64,000 nucleotides of DNA from Octopus sinensis (Eukaryota): NCBI RefSeq assembly GCF_006345805.1, contig NC_043009.1:47926001-47990000 (forward strand), given 5' to 3'. The stretch's first letter is position 1; each line of letters opens with the position of its first letter. Shown here one piece after another: positions 25,576-39,950 of this stretch. Both the position numbers and the translations under genes were made by a program. Below the pieces are notes generated by a model that was not told where the DNA came from, did no database searches, and saw only the letters and a program-made list of their open reading frames with translations.

Positions 25576-26864
25576 CAGATTGAGTAAAAAGTAAGCAACA
25601 TTTTGAGCCATGAAGAATTTGTACAGGATTTTTGCAGGGTTTTGTATTTTCTTTTAAAGCATTTTTTTGTGATTGTTTGATAATACAGACATAGACTTGT
25701 CCAAATGCATCAATAAATTAACATTGATATTTTTTTCACTGTTGTTACAATAATCTGAAATGGAATTGTCAAAGTGCGATATTTGAGCAATTTTGCTATT
25801 AAACTTCAAAAAAGGATGTAAAGTAGTTGAAACTGCTTGCGGTATCAACAAAACATTTGGTGAGGAAAATGACCAGTGAGTGGTCAGCTCAAAAATGGTA
25901 TAAATGATTTTGCAGTGGAGACCTGAACCTTGAAGATCATGAATGTAGTGGATGCCCATTTGTCATTGATGACGGTCAATTAAGGACTGTCGTTGAGAAA
26001 GAGCCATGTAAAAACCACTCGAGAAGTGGCAAAAGAACTTCAAGTTAGCCAGAAAACTGCCTGCAACCATTTTCATGCGATTAGAAAATCAAAAAAGCTC
26101 AACAAATGGGTACCACATGATTTGAATGAAAATCAGCAAATGTGTAGATACAAAATTTGCTAGTCACTTCTCCATAACCAGACTGATCCTTTTCTCAACC
26201 GTATTGCAACTAGTGATGAAAAGTGGATTCTGTACAATAATAAAAAAAACACTCTTCGCAGTGGATGGACCAAAATGAAGCACTGAAAACCTTCTCTAAA
26301 CTCAAGCTCTTCAAAAAGAAGGTTATGGTGAGTGTTTGGTGGTGTACTGCTGGACTCATCCACTATAACATCTTAAAACCCAGCAAAAACCGTAACTGCA
26401 GAAACATATTGCCATGAAATTGCCAAAATGAATGAAAAACTGCTACTTCTCTGTCCCAGACTAGTGAACAGAAGAGGGCCAATCATTCTTCATGACAATG
26501 CTCAATCACAAGTTTCACTAATGATGCTCCAGAAGTTGAAGGAACTTGATTACAAAGTTCTTCCCCACCCAGCTAATTCCCCAGACCTTTCTCCTACCGG
26601 CTACCACTTTTGCAAGCACCTTGATGGTTTCCTGCGAGAGAAGGGATTCAAAAACCAAACCAATGCCAAATGTGTATTCAAAGAGTTCATCAACTCCAGA
26701 ACACCAGATTTTTATGTTACTGGAATAAACAAACTTGTAACTCGTTAGCAAAAATGTGTTGATTGTTATGGTACTTATTTTGATTAATAAAATTTCTGCA
26801 TTGTTGAAATATATTGTGACGAATTTCATGTTTCAAAACATTGCTAACTTTTAACTTGGCCTCA
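25576..26864 (+). mobile_element. Full-length decayed mariner (about 1.29 kb) with transposase pseudogene
   Basis: TA-flanked ~40-bp degenerate TIRs; translation includes KWVPHDLNENQ, RIATSDEKWILYNN, LHDNAQSQ, HPANSPDLSPTGYHFCKHLD and GINKLVTR*QKCVD; several stops and frameshifts. Confidence 0.95.
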
Positions 26865-26899
26865 TACTTGCTTTGACATCCTTTTCATCAGTTTATCTT

Positions 26900-27480
26900 C
26901 AAATATTGATAAATCTAAAAATGACTATTCGCTTGAGGACCTTTACAATCAAATGCAGAAGGCTTCTCAGCAATATTGGGACAATATTAAGAGTACGCAC
27001 CCTCTGGTTAAATTAGCTGCTGGGACAGATCAATGGCATAGAAATCCCTTGCTAGTTCTGCATAGCCAAATTCTGGTACCAGGCTTCATATATTCTTTAC
27101 CATTCCTCTGGGAAAATTACTGAACAATGTTGACTGCATTGGAACAGCAGCGTACCAACCAATCTTATGTGAGGTGTAGCAATCCTATGGATGGGTGGGA
27201 TAGCCAAAACTTGTCTTGTAAACTCAATGATAGTTGTTTTTACTTATCATGTTGCAGTCAACAACCTCATTCGATATGTATTGATCCACATAAATTGTCA
27301 AACCTTTTGGCTTGAGCAGAAGCATCCAGCTTTCCCATGGCAGTACAAGAAATGTTTGTTCTAGGATGTAACAATGGTTGACATTTTCGGTGTATGTCAC
27401 ATTGCACAATCCTTGACTGAGAATACTTCAGCTTCATGTAAAACAAAGGTGAGGAAAAATCATAAATAATCATACTTGAC
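26900..27480 (-). pseudogene. Possible decayed DNA-transposase (hAT-like) fragment
   Basis: Fragmentary peptides (PEFGYAELARDFYAI; RVRTLNIV) loosely resemble the hAT C-terminus; many stops. Confidence 0.25.
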
Positions 27481-27843
27481 CAACTGGTATCTTTTACCTT
27501 TAGGATGTACATGGTCCTTCAATTGCTGTCTACTAAAAGTTGTTTGGCTGTCATTTCTCTGACACTTGCAATGATAAAAAAGAAGTTTCTTGATTGTTTC
27601 AATGAATTTTAGTATCATCATTTGATCATGGAAATACCACCAGCATTATGGCTTGTACCAAGAATAGACAGTGCACTAAATACATGGACTTTTGCTTTTC
27701 GCAACACTCAAGAAAAGCAAAACCAAAAAAAAAAAAAAAAAAAAAAAACTGTACCTCTTTATTAAAACCAATCTTCAGTATAAAACCAATATTTCATATG
27801 GAAGATTGGTCTTATAATAAAGTGATAGGGTTTTACTGACAAG

Positions 27844-27888
<45 letters not shown>

Positions 27889-27987
27889 TGAAGGCAATGT
27901 TATACATTCATTTCACAAACACAGACATCAAACAGCAATGCTCATCAAGAGATTACAAGAACAAACAAGCAATTGTGACATACATAC

Positions 27988-28019
27988 CTTCCATGCAGTC
28001 AATTCCACTTAATTGCAAA
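27988..28019 (-). CDS. Candidate 32-nt internal exon (phase 2 to 1), peptide LQLSGIDCME
   Basis: Acceptor tatgattatccag, donor AAG|gtatgt; only one open frame; phase-compatible with the 29158-29219 candidate. Protein not recognised. Confidence 0.3.
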
Positions 28020-28699
28020 CTGGATAATCATATAATTCAGTTAATTGCATAAATTTTCAAAATGCTGACACATTTATTATCAAATTTAGGTAAAACTGAT
28101 TAGTTAATTGCATACACAAATGATGTCAACTGCATAAGTTAATTTCTGACGTAAATTGCAAAGGATATTTTTTTTTTTTTTTTGATATGAATTCTGAAAA
28201 GTTACATTTTTACAATTGATCTCAAAAGAATCAAATATATTTAAAATATTCTTAACATTCCAGTGAATTAAAGACAATTGATGTTCACATTCTAGCGAAT
28301 ATGTAACTTATTTTTTAATTGCATAACAAAATTCTTTAATAAATAAATCTTCGTTGTAGATAAAGTTTGTGAAAAGATAGCTTTCAATCAAGCAAAAATG
28401 GATGCTATTTTGTGGTTTTCATTATCAATTACATTAGCTTGTAATTAATCTAGCTGAATGTACCCTGTATGATCTTAACTTTTGTTGTCAGAATAGTTTC
28501 AACAAGTGTGTAAAAACTATTGCTGAAACATATGGATCTGGCTTAATTTGGGTAATTGAAGAATATCAAAAGGGAATTGAAATATGCTCATAGTGGAAAA
28601 GTCAAACATGGAACGATCAAATTATGTGTGCACAAAACATACTGTAAATAAACAAACAGCTTATCCCTATCTTAGTCTTATTCTCTCTTGTACAGCTTG

Positions 28700-29060
28700 C
28701 CTGTACATTGGACAGCAATACCCTTGTATAGTCGCCTGCATCTTTCCAAGTGATGCTAAGATGTTTTAGATCTTCTTGAAATTCCTTCTCTTTCTTCTTC
28801 ATTCCTCGGGTGGTTCCCATTGTAAGCTTGTCTTGGCTATTCGTCCTTTTAGCAGTCAAGAAACATGACATGCAAGTCTTACTCTTCTCCCTGCCATAAT
28901 CTCCCGCAGGCCGCACAAATTGGCTCTTCTCATAACTCCAGAGTTTGTAATTCTGGCCTTGTAAATAATCTTAGTTATTTTGCATACACGCCACTGGTAG
29001 AATGCATTCAAACACTGAGTGATCTTGGCAACCATTTTCTCCAAGTTTCTCTTGCTTTTT
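28700..29060 (-). pseudogene. Decayed RTE LINE ORF C-terminal fragment
   Basis: LNAFYQWRVCKITKIIYKARITNSGVMRRANL...RRVRLACHVS and KKEKEFQEDLK match the RTE C-terminus. Confidence 0.7.
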
Positions 29061-29157
29061 AATATAATCCATACGTCTGTAACAAGGCCACAATATCTTA
29101 TTATTGATTATATGTTAAATCCTTATTATTTATCACCTCCTATGTAAATTTAGTTAC

Positions 29158-29219
29158 CTGCATATGTGACTAAATTGCATAAGAATTTCATTAACAAAGG
29201 TTATGTGATTATGCGTAAT
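29158..29219 (-). CDS. Candidate 62-nt internal exon (phase 0 to 2), peptide ITHNHITFVNEILMQFSHIC
   Basis: Acceptor tcttcctctatgtag, donor CAG|gtaact; only one open frame. Confidence 0.3.
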
Positions 29220-29629
29220 CTACATAGAGGAAGAATATATGAATAATAATTTACTAAATATACAATGAGATATTGAAATTTAGATAAAAAGTAAGAGATC
29301 TTAAGGTGACTTTGTAAATAGATAAAGCAATTGTGCTTTAAATGAAGAAATAGCATGTAGACAAAAGACTAATTATCTACCAATATTTTTATCTATTAGT
29401 ATTATCTTTTACTTGTGTCAGTCAAGGGAACATGACCCTTCTGGGGCACCATTTTGAAGGGTTTAGTCAAACAAATCAACCCCTGTACTTCTTTTCCTTT
29501 TTTTTTTTTTTAGTCTGGTACTTATTCTATCAGTCATTTTTTTTTTTTTTTTGCTGAACTGCTAAGTTACGAGGATGTGAACTAAACAACACCAGTTGTC
29601 AAGCAGTTGGATGGGAGACAAACCAAAAG

Positions 29630-29787
29630 AAAGGAAGGAAGGAAGGAAGGAAGGGAGGAAGGAAGGAAGGAAGGAAGGAAGGAAGGAAGGAAGGAAGAAA
29701 GGAAGGAAGGAAGGAAGGAAGCAAGCAAGGAAGGAAGAAAGGAAGGAAGGAAGGAAGAAAGGAAGGAAGGAAGGAAGGAAGGAAAGA
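29630..29787. repeat. (GGAA)n microsatellite
   Basis: About 39 tetramer units with variants. Confidence 0.95.
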
Positions 29788-30498
29788 AAGTCAGACAGAT
29801 AAATAGATGCATACATACACTGACACATACACACACACATACATGCATCTTCTTAAGATTTAAAGGAAGATGGCTGAAACAAGATACTTCCCTTCACACA
29901 CTTGCTACCAAGCAGGTGGTTGGTCAAAATTTACTCTTAAATCAAAAGAGAAAGAGAAGAACTAGCATACATACATATGTACATACATACCTACAACATA
30001 CATGAATTCATATTCATACCAATAATAATTGAAGCACTAGGTTTTGTTAGTAAATGCTTAAAGGAGAATCTGGATAAAATGAGATTTTCAGAAAGAGAAA
30101 TTGACCCGTTAATTCATACATTACAAGTGCAATTTGTGAGTGGAACAGTAAAAATATGCAAGACTTTTCTCAAGTTCCAAATGTGAATTTGCCTGTGTTA
30201 ACTACATCTCAAAGATGGAGCCTTGTATCTTTGTTGGAAACTGGTTCCCTCCTCAGTGGAAGGTTTATAATAATTATAAAACAGAAGAGACATACATGTA
30301 TGAATTCACTCATAAAGCATTGTTCAACCCAGGGCTATAGTATAAGACACTTGCCCTGAATTCCACATCACATGGTTACAAGGTGAGCTTCTTAACCACA
30401 CAGCCATGACTGCACCAATATTTCTTCTTCTGGCAGAGAGAAGTCTTATTTATATTATTTACATTCAATAGATATTTGTCCTCCTCTTGTTTGTTGTT

Positions 30499-30544
30499 AA
30501 CACAACCTTTCAGCTGGTATACCCTCCAGCCTTCTTCAGGTGTC
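30499..30544 (-). ncRNA. Hammerhead-like motif in Penelope-like family P2 (mutated)
   Basis: GACAC-CUGAAGA-A-GGCUGG-AGGGUAUA-CCAGCU-GAAAG-GUU-GUGUU; element about 30465-30590, followed by (ATT)n. Confidence 0.55.
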
Positions 30545-30613
30545 TTGGGGAAATTTCAAACCTGGGTTCTCATTCCTAAAGTATTTTTCAATGTTGTTAT
30601 GATTATTATTATG

Positions 30614-30654
<41 letters not shown>

Positions 30655-30656
30655 CC

Positions 30657-31050
30657 GTACAAGTGGAGCACTAAGAGTACCATCCGAGCGTGATCGTTGC
30701 CATGGCAGCTAACTGGCATCCGTGCCGGTGGCATGTAAAAAGCACCATTCAAGTGTGATCGTTACCAGCATTGCCTTACTGGCACTTGTGCTGGTGTGCA
30801 GGTGGCACGTAAAAAGAAACCATTTGGGCGTGGCCGCTGCCAGTACCGCCTGACTGGCCCTCATGCTGGTGGCACATAAAAGCACCCACTACACTCTCAG
30901 AGTGGTTGTTGTTAGGAAGGGCATCCAGCTGTAGAAACTCTGCCAAATCAAGATTGGAGCCTGTGCAGCCATCTGGTTCACCAGTCCTCAGTCAAATCAT
31001 CCAACCCATGCTAGCATAGAAAGCAGACATTAAACGATGATGATGATGAT
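30657..31050 (+). mobile_element. 5'-truncated RTE 3' UTR copy
   Basis: Tandem ggcacgtaaaaagcacc units, ggaagggcatccagctgtagaaac segment, (GAT)n tail; further copies at 38380-38705, 45375-45540 and 48150-48370. Confidence 0.75.
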
Positions 31051-31767
31051 TATTATTATTATTATCATTATTATTATTATTATTATTGTTGTTGTTGTCG
31101 TTGTTCAGGTCACTGCTTGGAATCGAACTTGGAATCTTGGCATTCCACTAACTTGTAATCTTGGGGTTCTGCGCTCTTAACCACTATGCCATATGCCCGT
31201 GGGCATATGGAGAGAAGTCTTTCTTACATATTTCACTGCACCATAGACTTTTCAAGTATTCACTATCCAGGTAATACAGATGAGCATGCCAAAAGGAATC
31301 TTGTTCAAAGTTTTTGCCAAAGAGTTTTGATGTTGCTCTAGATAACTAGATTTTTCTTTGCTTTGAAGATCTAGGTGAACAGTCTATCATATTTTTCAGC
31401 TTCTACAACAAAAATTATAATTGGAAAATAAACTAAAGGCTATTTTCCACCAAAAGTATGTTTAACAAAACCAAAGACTCATACATGGATATGATAAAGG
31501 AAAAATAAATAAATAAATAGATAGATAAGCTTTATCATAAAGAATTTCAAACTCAGAATTAAAATTTAGGAAGAATACTTCTTTCGGTGCACCTTCTTTC
31601 ACCATACTTAAGAGCTGATGCATTCACCGTTTTGACAGCAGGACTATGAAACATTTGTATGACTCATTGTAATATATTTCTCAATATATAATTTTATTAA
31701 TTACAAACATATATATATGTGTGTGTGTGTGTATGTATGCATATATGTATATATTTATATATACATA

Positions 31768-31807
<40 letters not shown>

Positions 31808-31882
31808 CATACATATATATATATACACACACATATGTATATATACATATGTATATATATATATATGTATATATATATACAC

Positions 31883-31918
<36 letters not shown>

Positions 31919-31939
31919 GTATATATCTACCTATCTATC

Positions 31940-31972
<33 letters not shown>

Positions 31973-32046
31973 GTATATACATATATACACACACACACAC
32001 ACATATATATATACACACACATGTATATCTATATCTATCTATCTAC

Positions 32047-32079
<33 letters not shown>

Positions 32080-35000
32080 GCAATTATAGTAATTAGCTGC
32101 AGTTTTTACAATGTTTTTTTACAATATTTCAGCTGTCAATAATATCCAACAAAAAGTCATAAAAACGAAACAAACTTGGGAAAGATCTTCTATATTTAAA
32201 TAAATATGGTTGTTATTAGAAGGGTTGTTCATCCGTAAGACTTTTGCATAAGATACACAAACGATGCTAACACAATGTTACCTGCAATTCTAAATATAAA
32301 CAGTTCCTAAATTATACAGCACAGTAGAACTAGTTTAACTAATTTAAATATGAGAAACAGATTGAATTGTGATGATGATGTGGAGGAGGAGGATGGTGGT
32401 GGTGGTGGTGGTGATGATGGGGCTACTGGTGAGGATTTGTAACATCTTTCACAGATAACATATATTTACAACTGCAGTAGCAAATATTAGATAATCCTAT
32501 AACTGAACTTAACTGAAAAATACCATGTCCTTACAAAAACAATTGGTATTATTTTTTTTTTTTTTTTTTGCCCAGCTCTTCTTTATATCATCAGTGTTCT
32601 AATGTCCACTTCTCCATGCTTGCATGGGTCAGACAGAGTTTACTAAGGCAGATTTTCTATGCCTGAATGATCTGCCAGTCATCAGCTTTAACCTGTTTCC
32701 AGGCAACATATTTCACCCTGTAGCCACATGTTTTTGCAGAATATTGGAAAAGAATGACATTATTTACACCAACCACAAGATGTCCAGACAAAGAAACATG
32801 TACACACACTAACACACATATATAGTTCAGTTCTGTTTTTGAAGTTACATCTTGTGGATGGGATACATTAGCATTGATGTTTCTGGGTCTCAGAGGATTT
32901 TGGGGTCTTCTAACATCAGACCCTCTTGCCCAGTTGACACAGCTGGGGTTGATCAGGTACCAGCTTGCATCTCCATATCAACAAACCAATAGTCTCCTCT
33001 CTTTATCCAAATCCACTTAGTGGCCTTTTCTGTAGCTTCAGTGATGGAATTCATAACCCTCATCTTTGCTGCACCAGCAACTCCAACCCCAGCCAGAGCT
33101 TTGTAGAATGAACACCATCCCCCTGCCCCCCCACACACACAACAGGCCACTTTCAATTTCTGTCCACCAAATCCACTCACAAGGTTTTGGTTGGCCCAGA
33201 GCTATAGTAGAAGATACATACTTACCCGAGGTGCCATGCAGTGGTACCAAACTTGAAACCCTGTAATTGGGAAGCAAACTTCTCAACCAAACAGTTCTGT
33301 TTGCCCCAATTAATTAATTATTCAGATCAAAGTGAGGCAGTGACATTAAAACAGACAGTAGAGAGGTTGACTGAATACTTTTCAATAACAAGATATTTTG
33401 TTTGACCTTTATGGATTTGAACCTACTCAGATCAACTTTAACTTACAGAGACCAATAAAAGTCTGTGTGCAGGTGCATGGCTTAGTGGTTAAGGTATTGG
33501 ACTCGTGATCATAAAATTATGGTTTCAATTCCTGGACCAGATGATGTATTGTGTTCTTGAGAAAACCACTTCATTTTATGTTGCTCCAATCTACTTAACT
33601 GGTAAAAATGTGTAATCCTGCAGCAGGCCAGCATCCCTTCCAGAAAAAACCAGGAAACTGGCCCTATATTCCTTACAGAGCAATGTGGACTAACCAATAA
33701 AAGTGTACCTTTTATTCATGACTGGAAAATCTAAAAAGTCTTTTAAGCAATTTTATGCCAAGTTGCACGTAAAATTAGTGGAGCAAAAGGATGAACTGAT
33801 GTTCAAAAGCACTGGGGAATAAACAAAGTATTTCCTATTAGCAGAAGCTCCATTAACCAGACAAGTCATTAGAAAGTATAAAATCTATAATGAAATTTGT
33901 TAAAAGGCTTTCCACTCATGTAAACAATAACATCTGAAGCTAATTCTCAGAGTAAATCTGTTTAATTGTGCTACTATTATTTCTTACTTTGTTCTTTTGA
34001 TTGCAGTAAAATTCTTTGTTTTTAAGCTTTGCATCAATGGAAACTTGCTATTTTCTGCTTAGAATAGATCTCCTCTGCAGTTAACTGAAAATAATCTACA
34101 TACATACATAGAATACTACGTAGGCATCTAAACTTACATACTTTCTATGAAAGCCATTCAGCATACCAATTCAGAGCAAGAGCCCCAAGCTTATAGAACA
34201 TAATTGATCCCTTGATTGTTAATTACGATTCTGTGTCCAAATCCAGGTTGGTTTAACCATTTAGCATATAAACTGGCAATATCCAACCTGAAAATTCTAC
34301 TTGTTTTATGTTCAAACCAGCCAAGTCCTACCTCTCACACCAACCCTTCAATGCCATTCTAAAAATAAGCAATCACACCAGTGAACTCTTAGAGTTATGA
34401 GACACTGGCACTTCATTACAACAAATGTTCCAGTTAATCCAATCAATGGAACAGCCTGCTCATGAAATCAATGTGCAAGTGGCTGAGCACTCCACGGACA
34501 CTTGTACCCTTAATGTAGCTCTCAAGGAGATACAATATGACTGCAGCAACCTGAAATAGAGTGTCTGGCTCAAGGACGCAACATGATACCAGGACCTGAA
34601 CTGATGACTTTATGATTGTGAGCCAAATACCATTATCTTCATTAGAGAATGCATGATTATTTCGAAATAAACATTACATTTGACCAAGTAATCTAAATGC
34701 TAAATGGTTGATTTTTAAGTCTTGTGGTGAATTCTAAAAACAAGTTGCCATCCATTTTGAGACGGATATCTTGAATATGATCTTCCACCTGTGGTTCTCT
34801 AATTTGAAGTGATAAGTTTAATGTGACACAAACTATTATGATACCATCCCTGGAATGCTGCTCTAATTAGAAGCAGATCACAGATTTAAAGGGAAGGTAA
34901 GCTGAGGTGATTGAAGACTGCTTTATAACGGAGGAGGCAGATTTCAGTAGCTGGATGTCCTTCCATTCATCCACTTACTCTGTTTCCAAGCAAGGTAATT

Positions 35001-35654
35001 TTTCCCAATCGTCAGAAATGTTCTTGCAGTAGATTGGAAATGAATGACAACCACGACAAGGTTTGATCTGAGTACTGAATGCAAAATAATATCTCTTAAT
35101 TATACACTGTTTTTATTCTATACAATGTTATGTTCAAACAACATTGCTCAACTGTTTTGGCTATGAACTCAGCACAGAAGTCTGACCAACTTCTCATTGA
35201 CTAAGCTAAACAACAAAATTAGTCACTGTAGCATACTAAGAATGAAAAGAATAATGTTCTTTTCTACTCTAGGCACAAAGCCTGAAATTTTGGGGAGGGT
35301 GCTAGTCAATTAGATTGACCCCAGTGTGCAACTGGTACTTAATTTATCGACACCGAAAGGATGAAAGGCAAAGCTGACCTTGGTGAAATTTGAACTCAGA
35401 ACATAAAGACAGACGAAATACCGCTAAGCATTTCATCTGGCATGCTAACGTTTCTGCCAGCTCGCCACCTTAAATGAAAAGCAAAAGGTGCAGGTGGGGC
35501 TGTGTGATAAGAAGTTTGCCTCCCCACCACATAGTCCTGGGTTCAGTCCCATAGTGTGGCACTTTGAATACACGTCTACTGCTATACTCCTGGGCTAACC
35601 AAAGCGTTTGAGTAAAAAAAGTCCATCTCACACACACACACATGTACGTACAAC

Positions 35655-35685
<31 letters not shown>

Positions 35686-36337
35686 TGTGTGAGTGTATTT
35701 GTACCTCCTTGTCTTGACATTGTGGAATGGTTGTAAATGAGTGTCACTGTTATATAAGCAGCATCATTCTATACTTTAGCAGGGGGAGATATTACCTAGT
35801 CTGGAAAAAGGTGAGGGTTGGTAACAGGGGGAGGGGGTGGTATTGCCCTCTTTGAGAACCACTTTGTTAGAACAATTATTTGACTTTATAGAACAGCTGC
35901 TGCTTATAGCATCAGGTGACATCATCTTCTAGTATCTATTTACAGACAGGTGACATTAAAACAGTGAGACATTAGATGTTCTGACATCTATGACAGACTA
36001 TGAACTGCTCAACCCTTTACAATCTATGAACACAGTCACTGGCAACACTTAGGACCGTCTAGTAATAACATGTGTATATTATTTCAATGTTAAATGTGTT
36101 ATTCAAGTTATAGAGCCTAAATAATCGCTTTGTGTGATTCTCAAGCAAATATGTTACCATGTAATGCTACTGTAGGCGCAGGAGTGACTGTGTAGTAAGT
36201 AGCTTGCTTACCAACCACATGGTCCCGGGTTCAGTCCAACTCCATAGCACCTTGGTCAAATATCTTCTACTATAGCCTCAAGCTGACCAAAGCCTTGTGA
36301 GTGGATTTGGTAGACAGATACTGAAAGAAGCTTGTCG

Positions 36338-36373
<36 letters not shown>

Positions 36374-36799
36374 ATTACATACATATGAGAGGGATGACCA
36401 CTATGTGTGTTTGTGTGTGTATGTATGTGCGTGTATGTATGTGTGTATGTATATGTGTATGTATATGCATGTGTGTGTGTATGTATGTGTATGTATTTAT
36501 ATATATCTATTGTAAATATATATATGTGGGGGGGTGTATATGTGTATGTATGTATATATACTTGTACATATAAAAAAATTTTTTCCGTCTTCTCTCTTGT
36601 TTGGCAAACACCTGCAAATTCTTTATAAAAAGGCCAAGAAATCTATGTTTAAACCATTTTTTGATAAATCTGATAACAGAAGAAAGCACTAGGAATGTAA
36701 ATAACATGTAAATAAAATATATATATAATCCTCCAACATTCTGACTACCTTATTATTCTAAATGTGTATAAACATATATATAAATATATAAATATATAC

Positions 36800-36867
<68 letters not shown>

Positions 36868-39628
36868 ATGTTCGTGTGTCTGTGTTTGTCCCCCCCCCCA
36901 CCTCATCATCACTTGACAACCGATGTTGGTGTGTTTACATACCCCGTAACTTAGCAATTCAGCAAAAGTCACCAATAGAATGAATACTAGGCTTACAAAG
37001 AATAAGTCCTAGGGTCGATTTTTTCGACTACAAGCGGTGCTCCAACATGGCCACAGTCAAATGACTGAAACAAATAAAAGAATGAAATAAAAGAATATTA
37101 TGTGAAGGCTCCAAAGTCAATGCTGTCATAAATAAAATAAATACTATCAAAGGAACTCATACAATTATACAATATTTTCTAAGCAAAGATATGTTGAGCC
37201 CTAGGGTCACCTCCAATCAGCAAAGAGCACCACTAAACTAAATTTTTAATTCACTCTGAAATTACTGCCATTTATGGTTGTACTTTTCAAATGACGGAAG
37301 TCAGCTAAACTACAGTTTTCAGTCTAAATTGCATCCACGTGTCTGTTTTATTGTGCCTGCAGGCTGATATACTCATATGTACAAAATATAGTAAATTTTT
37401 CAATCAAAATTTATACAATATTCGTCTAACTATTTGTGTCATAGGTCGTGTTTCCACTATAACTTAAAATGGTCAGAAATCATCCGGTAATTGCCATATG
37501 GACGGAAATTTTGTTTTCACTATAAAACACATATTGCTAAGTTTATAACACCCCCTTGAGACCCAATTACACTTTGGCTGAGAAAAACAGAATACCTCAT
37601 ATGTAATATAAATGTCCTAAATTCAGCAGTGTGTTAATGAAGATGTTACACGTTAGTTTAATGTTAAACTTATCTTTATTAATGTATATCAAATTATACA
37701 TAGATATATACAAGATTTACACAGATATAAAAGTCAGAACCTGTGATCTGCTGGCAGACCATTTTCTTAGGAAATTTTTGCCTACCACACTAAAAAGTTT
37801 CCCCACACTTGGTCTAAAACAATAAGTTTTACATCATGTCATGATGTGGTTGACCAGACTCAAATATTGTTACACATCACTACTCCAAATGTGCTTTACA
37901 TTGTTTTAGCTTTTGAATGACACCACCCTGCTAGCTGGTAAGCAGACTAATATTTGCCCCTAATCCAAAGAGAGACTGGAGCAACATGAAATAAAGTGTT
38001 TTGCTCAAGAACACACTGCCCGGTCTGGAAACTGAACCCGCAAACTATTGATTGTGAGTGCAACAGCCTAACCACTAGGCCACATGCCTTCACACTGCAT
38101 CATGTATGAAAGCTAAATGTTAAAGCAACAAAATATTTAAAATTCAAACATTCACACCAACTCCTTTTAAACAGTGTTGCAGTATAAGCCTGCATGAGCA
38201 CTTGAATCCAGCACTGAAAAACTAACAAAACACTTATTAATTATACAGTGAAGCTATTATCAATATGCACTGTAACCTGTTTACAGTACAATGAACCGAA
38301 CCAGAAATACATGTCAGAAACCTGGATATAGAGCAGCAGTATTAGTAATGAGATAGAAATATTGAGCCAGTAGTTCATATTCTTACAAGCATGAAATAAA
38401 ATGTTTTAGTTCCCATGCTGGTGACACGTAAAAATACCTGTGCCAGTGACACATAAAAGCACCCATGCCATTGACACGTGAAAGCACTTGTGATGTTGAC
38501 ATGTAAAAGCACCTGCGCTGGTGATATGTAAAAGGTATCCACTACGCTCTTGGAGTGGTTGGCGTTAGGAATGGCATCCTGCTGTAGAAACCAAGCCAAA
38601 ATCAGGCTGGAACCTGGTGCAGCTCTCCAGCTTACCAGTTCCAGTCAAACCACTTAACCCATGCCAACATAGAAAGCAAATGCTAAATGATGATGATGAT
38701 GATGATGAATTCCAAGATACATCACACAAATGCTCTCTGAGATACATCATCAGTGATGTTTCTGGGGTCTCAGGCGATTTAGGGTTTTCCACATCAGATC
38801 CCCTTGCTCAGTTGACTCAGTAGGGTCCCAGCTTGCATCACAGTATCAGCAAATCACCAGTCTATGTATATACTCTCTTTATCCAAAGCCACCTAGTAGC
38901 TTTTATGTAGTTAAAGTAATGGAATTTATGGCCCACTTCTTTACTGCACCACTAACTCCAAGCCTAGTCAGAGCTTTGCAGAATGAATGTCCCACAAAAC
39001 CCCCAACAGCCCACTTCAGTTGCCTTGCAATGTGTTTGCCAAAAAGAAAGAAGCTCTAAAAATATTACAAAAACTGCTTCTCAGTCAAAGTAAGAATGCA
39101 AATATCAACAAATCCAACCAAAGAAGGATTTCTACAGTGTGTATTTATATAGATACACCTAACAGAAGAAATTCCAGTTTGGTTGAGTCATTATTCTATT
39201 TCCCAAAAATAAATAACAGCAACAAAACATCCAAATTTTTAAAAAATCAGATCCAACTCCATTTAAGATGATGAAATCTTGTGATCATTATAAGCTCTTA
39301 TTAAGAATCATGCAGAGTTAATATTATCCCTACCTATTATTATTCTAACAAACTAAGTATCTATGTAAAACCTTATTGTTAGAATATAAACAATATGGGG
39401 ATATTATAAGGGTTAGTCTTTGTATGACTCAATGAAATTGAGCATTTTTAAAAGAGTTTACATTCATACATTGCAATACCAACAACAACCCTTATTGCCA
39501 AAGTAACTTCTTCTTTCAGTAGTTTCCTGAAACTAAAAGCTGGTAGAATTGTTAGCACACAGCATTTTACATTCAGCTTTACATTCTGAGTTAGAATTCC
39601 GCTGAGGTGACTTTGCTTTTAATCCACA

Positions 39629-39778
39629 TTAGTATAGTTAGAAGGGGCAGAGGGGGAAGTCTGCACTGGGTGGCACCACTTTTGGGCCTGGTGTAATCAA
39701 TATGTATTTTTTGTAGGGGCCTGAGAGTGGAAAATTGAGGGGTTACCCCAAGTGGCACACACTCTAGCTACGCTAGTG
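39629..39778. mobile_element. Decayed hAT MITE nested in a family C SINE
   Basis: Right end gtggcacacactctagctacgctagtg resembles a CAGTGGCGTAGCTAG-type TIR; SINE halves lie on both sides. Confidence 0.5.
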
Positions 39779-39950
39779 CCCCTCCTCCGAAATTGCTGGC
39801 CTTGTGCTGCAATTTGAAACCAATATTTTTCTAAATCTTAGTGAATGCAATGTTTCAAGAACATCAAGTTCATGTACAACCTCTGCTCTTATTAATTTAA
39901 AGCAGATATATCAACCCCCAAACCAAACACAACTATGTTGCAAAATTTAA

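Noticed and set aside
26428-26748. 106-aa ORF as a possible domesticated (SETMAR-like) transposase exon
   Set aside because: Lies within an intact TIR-bounded element with multiple upstream stops and frameshifts and an altered catalytic motif; ordinary decay.
31228-31345. Minus-strand open stretch ATSKLFGKNFEQDSFWHAHLYYLDSEYLKSLWCSEI ending at a gtaaga donor
   Set aside because: The only strong upstream acceptor gives stops in all three frames; nearer AGs lack a pyrimidine tract.
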